A stretch of 64,000 nt of DNA, from positions 2,652 through 66,651 of the forward strand of contig CACELG010000005.1 in the NCBI GenBank assembly GCA_902560315.1, read 5' to 3'. Each line of letters begins with the position of its first letter. Position 1 is the stretch's first letter. Below, piece after piece: positions 58,456 to 64,000 of this stretch. The translations under genes were made by a program, and so were the position numbers. The stretch is from an uncultured SAR86 cluster bacterium (lineage in GTDB: Bacteria; Pseudomonadota; Gammaproteobacteria; Magnimaribacterales; D2472). The notes under the pieces were generated by a model that was not told the DNA's origin, ran no database searches, and was given only the letters and a program-made list of their open reading frames with translations.

Positions 58456-59459
58456 AAGACTTTATTAACAAAGTAAATAATAAAGAAAATTTGAATCTTG
58501 ATGAAATGCAAGAAGCCATTAATTTAATAATGTCTGGTATGGTTGATGATGACGCAATTGAATCTTTTCTTATTGGATTAAATACAAAAGGCATATCAGA
58601 AATCGAAGTTACTGCTGCGGCAACTGTAATGAAAGAAAAATCTTTAAAATTTGATATTGGTGATGGTAAACATATAGATACTTGCGGAACTGGTGGGACA
58701 GGTCTTCATACTTTCAATTGCTCTACTGCATCATCATTTGTAGCCGCAGCTGGTGGAGCAAAGATTACTAAGCATGGTAATAAAGCTGTATCTAGCAAAT
58801 CTGGAAGTGCAGACTTTCTTTCAGAGTCAGGCGCAAATATAAATCATGAAAGAGAAAAATTAATTTCAATATTTGATAAAGTTGGGTTTGTATTCTTATT
58901 TGCTCCTCTTCATCATGAAGCAATGAAATATGTCATGCCAGTAAGACAAAAAATTGCAAAAAAAACAATTTTTAACTTATTAGGGCCTCATACTAATCCA
59001 TGCAGCGCTAAAAGACAGATCATAGGAGTTTACGACAAGGAGCTCGTAAAAATGTTTTCTAATGTTGCTAAAAATCTTGATATGGAACATGTCATGATTG
59101 TGCACGGCGATGATGGTCTTGATGAGATTTCAATTTGTTCAGAAACCACTATTTCTGAATTAAAAGATAATCAAATTAATGAGTATAAAATTTCTCCAAA
59201 AGATTTTGGACTAAGCATATCTTCATTTGATCAAATTGCTGCAAATTCATCTAACGAAAGCCTTTTTCTTGTTAATAATGCATTCAATGGAGAAAATTCT
59301 GCTGTTCAAGATATGATTGCATTAAATAGCGGTGCTGCTTTGTACTTAGCAAATGTTGTTGGTTCTATGAATGATGGTATAGAGATGGCATTTGATTTAA
59401 TGAATAATGGAAAAGCCGCTCAAAAATTAGCTGATTATGTGAGGGTCTCGAACGAGTGA
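58452..59459 (+). CDS. trpD: Anthranilate phosphoribosyltransferase
   Basis: 335 aa. Contains DTCGTGGTG and KHGN motifs. It forms an ATGA overlap with trpG. Confidence 0.93.
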   Translation: MKDFINKVNNKENLNLDEMQEAINLIMSGMVDDDAIESFLIGLNTKGISEIEVTAAATVMKEKSLKFDIGDGKHIDTCGTGGTGLHTFNCSTASSFVAAAGGAKITKHGNKAVSSKSGSADFLSESGANINHEREKLISIFDKVGFVFLFAPLHHEAMKYVMPVRQKIAKKTIFNLLGPHTNPCSAKRQIIGVYDKELVKMFSNVAKNLDMEHVMIVHGDDGLDEISICSETTISELKDNQINEYKISPKDFGLSISSFDQIAANSSNESLFLVNNAFNGENSAVQDMIALNSGAALYLANVVGSMNDGIEMAFDLMNNGKAAQKLADYVRVSNE

Positions 59460-60214
59460 TGAATATTCTTGATCAAATTGTTGCAAAAACAAAATTTAAA
59501 CTTAAAGAAAAAAAACAAAGACTATCGATTGAGGAGTTAATCTCTAAACTAGATTTCCAAAACTTAAAAGAAAGCAACTTTAAAAAAAGTCTTGAGAATA
59601 AAACTGAAGCTATCATTGCTGAAATCAAAAAAGCATCACCAAGTGCTGGAATTATCAGTGAAAATTTTGATCCAATCTTAAAAGCAAAAGAATATGAATC
59701 TTTTGGGGTTTCAGCGCTTTCCATTCTTACAGAGGAAGATTATTTTTTAGGCAATATTCAGTATCTTAAGGATATTAGAGCTAACACGAGTCTACCAATC
59801 CTAAGAAAAGACTTCATAGTTGATGACTATCAAATATACGAGTCAAAACTCATTGGCGCAGATTGTATTTTGCTTATTGCTTCAATACTAAATAATGATG
59901 AGTTAAAAGTATTTTCAGAAACAGCAGAAAAACTTAAGTTAGATTATATTATTGAAGTTCATAATGAAGAGGAATTGCATAGAATAGAAAATTTCTCTAG
60001 TGCAATAATTGGAGTTAACAACAGAAATTTAAAAACTTTTGAAGTGGACATAAATAATTCAATTAAACTTAAAAAAATATTTAAAGAGGATAATATTTTT
60101 ATCTCAGAATCTGGAATTAAAAGCAAAAAAGATATACAACAACTTCAGCAACAAAATATAAATGTTTTTCTTATTGGTGAAAGCATGATGAAAGGAGATT
60201 TTTTTGAAACTTAG
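59459..60214 (+). CDS. trpC: Indole-3-glycerol phosphate synthase (monofunctional)
   Basis: About 251 aa. Contains AEIKKASPS, RKDF and NNRNL motifs. The start is ATG 59459 (or GTG 59456), overlapping the trpD stop. Confidence 0.92.
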   Translation: MNILDQIVAKTKFKLKEKKQRLSIEELISKLDFQNLKESNFKKSLENKTEAIIAEIKKASPSAGIISENFDPILKAKEYESFGVSALSILTEEDYFLGNIQYLKDIRANTSLPILRKDFIVDDYQIYESKLIGADCILLIASILNNDELKVFSETAEKLKLDYIIEVHNEEELHRIENFSSAIIGVNNRNLKTFEVDINNSIKLKKIFKEDNIFISESGIKSKKDIQQLQQQNINVFLIGESMMKGDFFET

Positions 60215-61373
60215 GGAATGGCAAGAGAAAGCTTTCCCACTCTGGTGGTCTAAAAAAAGAGGAATTGTCAAAGTTGTTACTGGAGGAGGTAAAACATTTT
60301 TTGCAATACATTGTTTAAAAAAATATCTTGAGGAAAATCCTGAAAAATTAGCCTTAATCGTAGTGCCTTCAATTGCACTCTTAGATCAATGGTATGAAAG
60401 CCTCTCACAAGAATTTAGAAATAAAGAAATTTCGCTCAATGGGGGTGGAGAACAAACCAATCAAATTACAAAAATATGTATTTCTACAATTGATTCCATG
60501 AAGAATATTATTGATCAAGTTGATTATCAGAATACATTTTTAATTGTTGATGAATGTCACAAGATAGGAACTGAAAAAAGAGGAGATATGCTTTCAAATA
60601 GTTGGAACGCTACTCTTGGATTATCTGCAACTCCTGAGAGAGACTATGATGATAATTTTTACATCATTATTAAGAAAATATTAGGAGATATTGTTTTTGA
60701 TTATGACTACATTGATGCTAGAGAAGATGAGGTAATTGTTAATTTTAAACTTTTGTATGGTTATGCGGCATTACTGCCAGAAGAAGAAGAAAAATATAAA
60801 AAATTTACTAAAAGTATACAAAGAAGGGCAGCTACTATTGGTGGAAACAATATGGATGACTATCCATTAAAGATGCTTATATTTAATAGAGCTAGATTGA
60901 TCAAAAACTCAAAAAATAGGATTCCGTATGGCGTTGATTTGATTCAAAAATATAAAAGAGACAGCTGGATTGTATTTACAGAAAATAAAAAGCAAGCAAA
61001 AGAATTTAATACAATTATTAATAAAAAGGGATTCAAATCTGGTATTTACAATACAGATTTAAAAGATGATGAAAGACAAGAGAATCTGGAAGATTTTAAA
61101 AAAGGAAAACTAAATGTTCTCGTCAGTTGCACTGCATTAGATGAAGGTTTTGATATGCCTGAGGCTGATGGGGCAATGATCTTGAGTGCATCCTCCTCAA
61201 AAAGACAAAGAATTCAAAGAATGGGGAGGGTACTAAGAATTACCGCAAATAAAGAAAACGCATTAATAGTTACTGTATATTCTTCAAAAACTGAGTACGA
61301 AAAATTAAGAGAGGAGTCTAATAGATATCAATTAGAAGGTGTCCCAGTTAAGTGGCAACAAATGAGTTTATAA
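60204..61373 (+). CDS. Minimal superfamily-2 DEAD/DEAH-box helicase core (ResIII/XPB-like)
   Basis: 389 aa. It has motif I TGGGKT, motif II DECH, motif III SAT and motif VI QRMGRVLR. The TTG start has AAAGGAG 6 nt upstream, inside the trpC 3' end. Confidence 0.8.
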   Translation: MKLREWQEKAFPLWWSKKRGIVKVVTGGGKTFFAIHCLKKYLEENPEKLALIVVPSIALLDQWYESLSQEFRNKEISLNGGGEQTNQITKICISTIDSMKNIIDQVDYQNTFLIVDECHKIGTEKRGDMLSNSWNATLGLSATPERDYDDNFYIIIKKILGDIVFDYDYIDAREDEVIVNFKLLYGYAALLPEEEEKYKKFTKSIQRRAATIGGNNMDDYPLKMLIFNRARLIKNSKNRIPYGVDLIQKYKRDSWIVFTENKKQAKEFNTIINKKGFKSGIYNTDLKDDERQENLEDFKKGKLNVLVSCTALDEGFDMPEADGAMILSASSSKRQRIQRMGRVLRITANKENALIVTVYSSKTEYEKLREESNRYQLEGVPVKWQQMSL

Positions 61374-61380
61374 TATTTTC

Positions 61381-61935
61381 ATGTCTTTAACTTATTCAAG
61401 CATGTTAGATTTAGGAACAGATTTAATAGCATTTGATCTTCCTAATACCATTACGCAGAAAAATTTTTCATCTAATACATTAGAAATAAATAAACCTTCC
61501 TTAATAATGTTTATTTGTAATCATTGCCCTTATGTAATTCATTATCATGAGGAAATAAAAAGCATTGAGAAAGACTATAAGGATAAAATTAATATGATTG
61601 CTATAAGCTCCAATGATATCGATAATTACCCTGATGATCGCCCAGAAATGATGAAAAATTTATGGAAAAACTTAGGTCTTACGTTTCCATATCTTTATGA
61701 TGAGACTCAAGAAATAGCTAAAAAATATAAAGCAGAATGCACGCCAGAATTCTATCTTTTTGATCAAAATCATAAACTTGCATATAGAGGTAGATTAGAT
61801 GATTCTTCTCCAGGCTCAGGTACTAAACCAAATGGAGAAGACCTTAGAGGCGCAATATCTAATGTATTAAATAATAAAAAGGTTTCTTTAGAACAATTCC
61901 CATCCATGGGCTGCAACATTAAGTGGAAGTCTTAA
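61381..61935 (+). CDS. Thioredoxin-fold (AhpC/TSA-like) protein
   Basis: 184 aa with the redox motif CNHCPYV, a redoxin-like fold pattern and a C-terminal GCNIKW. Confidence 0.7.
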   Translation: MSLTYSSMLDLGTDLIAFDLPNTITQKNFSSNTLEINKPSLIMFICNHCPYVIHYHEEIKSIEKDYKDKINMIAISSNDIDNYPDDRPEMMKNLWKNLGLTFPYLYDETQEIAKKYKAECTPEFYLFDQNHKLAYRGRLDDSSPGSGTKPNGEDLRGAISNVLNNKKVSLEQFPSMGCNIKWKS

Positions 61936-63269
61936 GATATATCTCTATTTAAATCTGATTTATAGGTCTCAGAAAGAGCCATTACTGAAATAACAGTTAA
62001 AAAAGAAGCAAAGGCAATATAGACAGAGACCCAAAAGATATCAAAATCTGTCCACAACATTGTTGCAATTGTAGGTGCAAAAGCCCCACCTAATATAGCA
62101 CCAGTCTGATAGCCTAAGTTAGCACCTGAATATCTTACTTCAGTGGTGAATAATTCTGTAAAAAATGCAGCTTGAGGCCCATACATCATAGATAAAAATA
62201 TTAATCCACCAGTTATACCAATGACAGAAAGCCAAAAATTCCCGGTATCAACAAGCGGGAATAACGCAAACGCCCATATAGCAGTTAAGACAGCACCCAT
62301 TATAAAGACACCTTTACGACCATTCCTATCTGAGTATGCAGAGAAAAAGAATAATGCGGGTGTCATGATGGCTGAACCTATTAGAACTGCAAATAGCATC
62401 TCATCTCTTTCCATGCCAGCACTTGTTACACCATACGCAAGCATGAAAGCAATTAATATATAGAAGGTTACTTGTACTGATAAAAATGCTCCAGCAGCAA
62501 GAGCGATTCTCCCTGGATATTTTTTTATAGCCTCAATAATTGGTGATTTTTTTATTACGGTATTACTTTGTTCTTGATTGGCTTGCTGATTTTCTTTCGC
62601 TTTTAGCAATTCTTGAAATGCTTTAGTATCTTCCATTGTTAATTGAATATACATACTAAGACCAATAAGGACTGCGCTGGCTAAAAATGGAATCCTCCAA
62701 CCCCAAACATAAAAGGACTCATCAGACATTACAGCTCCAGTAATAATGTAGGCAAGGTTAGCTAAAATTACCCCAATTGGAACGCCTGCCTGAGCATATG
62801 CACCATAAAATCCTCTTTGGTCGGAAGGAGCGCTCTCAGTTACTAGTAACATTGCTCCGCCCCATTGACCACCAATTGCCAACCCTTGTGCAAATCTTAG
62901 TGTCGTTAGCAGTATTGGAGCTGCAACTCCAATCATCGCATAGGTTGGAAGAAGGCCGATAAGAGTAGAGGCAACACCCATAAGAATTAGTGCAATTACT
63001 AGAGTTTTCTTCCTTCCTATTTTATCTCCATAATGACCAAATATTATTCCACCAATAGGCCTAGCAATAAATCCTGCAGCAAAAGTTAATAAAGATAATA
63101 TTAATGCTGTCGATGGATCAACTTCTCCAAAGAATGCTGTTGGGAATATTAGCGCTGCTGCAGCGCCATAAAGAAAAAAATCGTACCATTCAATACTAGT
63201 TCCTGCTAACGCAGTTAATGCAACTTTACGCATATTCAATGTTTTTTCTGAATTTTTAAGATCTGACAT
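61932..63269 (-). CDS. MFS metabolite:H+ symporter (MHS/ProP-like)
   Basis: 445 aa with 12 TM segments. Contains RPIGGIIFGHYGDKIGRKKTL and a central charged loop. Confidence 0.8.
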   Translation of the reverse strand: MSDLKNSEKTLNMRKVALTALAGTSIEWYDFFLYGAAAALIFPTAFFGEVDPSTALILSLLTFAAGFIARPIGGIIFGHYGDKIGRKKTLVIALILMGVASTLIGLLPTYAMIGVAAPILLTTLRFAQGLAIGGQWGGAMLLVTESAPSDQRGFYGAYAQAGVPIGVILANLAYIITGAVMSDESFYVWGWRIPFLASAVLIGLSMYIQLTMEDTKAFQELLKAKENQQANQEQSNTVIKKSPIIEAIKKYPGRIALAAGAFLSVQVTFYILIAFMLAYGVTSAGMERDEMLFAVLIGSAIMTPALFFFSAYSDRNGRKGVFIMGAVLTAIWAFALFPLVDTGNFWLSVIGITGGLIFLSMMYGPQAAFFTELFTTEVRYSGANLGYQTGAILGGAFAPTIATMLWTDFDIFWVSVYIAFASFLTVISVMALSETYKSDLNRDIS

Positions 63270-63274
63270 AAAAG

Positions 63275-63910
63275 TTATATAAACTTGCTTGATGAGGTCA
63301 TTACTTTAGCTGTAATTTCCATTACTTTTTTTGTTGGTGATTCAAGCCCTTCTGCACCAGATTCATTTGCTTGACCTGCATGAAGATCTTCATCTGCTTG
63401 CATTGTTTTTAGTATTTCAATGGTTTCTTTATCTTTCTCTGAGATTTTGTCTAAATGTTTTTGTAAATGTTTAACAACTTGTTTTTCAGTTTCCTCAACA
63501 AAACCAAGACTAGTCTTTTCACCCATAGCTCCAAATATTGCACCGATGGTAAAAGATCCAGCATACCATAATGGATTTAATAGAGAGCTCTTTCCATCAA
63601 GCTCATCTAATCTCTTTTTACACCATACTAAATGATCAGTCTCTTCTTCTCCGGCCTGAATTAAATGCTCTTTAATTTTTGGGTCTTTGCATACAAACGC
63701 TTGTCCTCTATAAAGAGCCTGTGCTGCAACTTCTCCAGCATGATTAATTCGCATCATTTGAATAGAGAGGTCTTTTTCTTTTTTAGTAAGTTCTTCGACA
63801 TTTTTTTGGATAGGCCTTGGAGGATACTCTCTTTCAGTACCTGTTTTTTTATCTGAAAGAGTTTTTAAAGCTATATCAAACTCATTCACAATCCCATTTA
63901 AAATACTCAT
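63275..63910 (-). CDS. coq7: Demethoxyubiquinone hydroxylase (di-iron Coq7)
   Basis: 211 aa with di-iron ligand motifs (HAGEVAA, EEETDHL, EETEKQVVKHL, DEDLHAG). Confidence 0.88.
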   Translation of the reverse strand: MSILNGIVNEFDIALKTLSDKKTGTEREYPPRPIQKNVEELTKKEKDLSIQMMRINHAGEVAAQALYRGQAFVCKDPKIKEHLIQAGEEETDHLVWCKKRLDELDGKSSLLNPLWYAGSFTIGAIFGAMGEKTSLGFVEETEKQVVKHLQKHLDKISEKDKETIEILKTMQADEDLHAGQANESGAEGLESPTKKVMEITAKVMTSSSKFI

Positions 63911-64000
63911 TTAATTCCTTTAAAGCCTATGTCTTTTCTAAAATATGAACCATCAAATTCAACCTTTTCAACTAGATTATATGCGTTTTGCTGTGCTTCC
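63907..64000 (-). CDS. 3' end of an unidentified ORF continuing beyond the window
   Basis: The open frame reads ...EAQQNAYNLVEKVEFDGSYFRKDIGFKGIK and ends in a TGA that overlaps the coq7 ATG (ATGA). Too little sequence is present to name it. Confidence 0.5.
   Translation of the reverse strand, partial: EAQQNAYNLVEKVEFDGSYFRKDIGFKGIK

Noticed and set aside
60204-61935. Helicase plus thioredoxin-fold protein as a two-gene phage-defence module.
   Set aside because: There is no nuclease, methyltransferase, ATPase partner or mobile-element context. The genes sit in a core biosynthetic operon. The thioredoxin-fold protein looks like a common stand-alone redoxin family. The helicase is kept as a curiosity, not as a defence call.
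1-64000. CRISPR arrays, insertion sequences, prophage remnants, toxin-antitoxin pairs and rRNA genes.
   Set aside because: No spaced direct repeats, transposase or integrase motifs, or rRNA-like sequence were seen in any intergenic gap. All gaps are 132 bp or shorter.

Overview
This is a very AT-rich, densely packed chromosomal segment. By my hand tally about 1.2 kb of 64 kb (about 2 percent) is intergenic. Gene content and synteny are gammaproteobacterial: lptD-surA-pdxA-rsmA-apaH, rpoZ-spoT-ridA, rph-pyrE, rpsU/tsaD, mutY-yggX, rppH...lgt-thyA, ubiCA, and trpE-G-D-C. The overall style suggests a streamlined marine lineage, but that taxonomic guess is inference only. I call about 80 protein genes, one tRNA-Phe(GAA) and one clear intrinsic terminator. 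One rubredoxin gene is missing from the ORF track because it falls below the length cut-off. I see no transposase, integrase, prophage, CRISPR array, toxin-antitoxin pair or recognisable multi-gene defence island, so I cannot honestly nominate a clear-cut novel multi-gene system. The observations most worth a second look are: (1) a 68-residue insertion in the essential LPS insertase LptD that is 34 percent methionine and built on a 33-nt tandem duplication; (2) a type II (eukaryote-like) glutamine synthetase sitting where glnA sits in a glnA-ntrB-ntrC layout, with a hairpin and NtrC-like palindromes; (3) a rubredoxin translationally coupled (ATGA) to a DAACS symporter and divergent from ubiCA; (4) a minimal SF2 helicase translationally coupled to the end of trpEGDC; (5) 7 of 8 convergent gene pairs physically overlap, often sharing a TTAA or CTAG stop tetramer; (6) a small patch of uncharacterised ORFs with a perfect 16-bp inverted repeat that covers a start codon. 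All functional calls come from reading motifs in the translated ORFs by eye. No database search was run.
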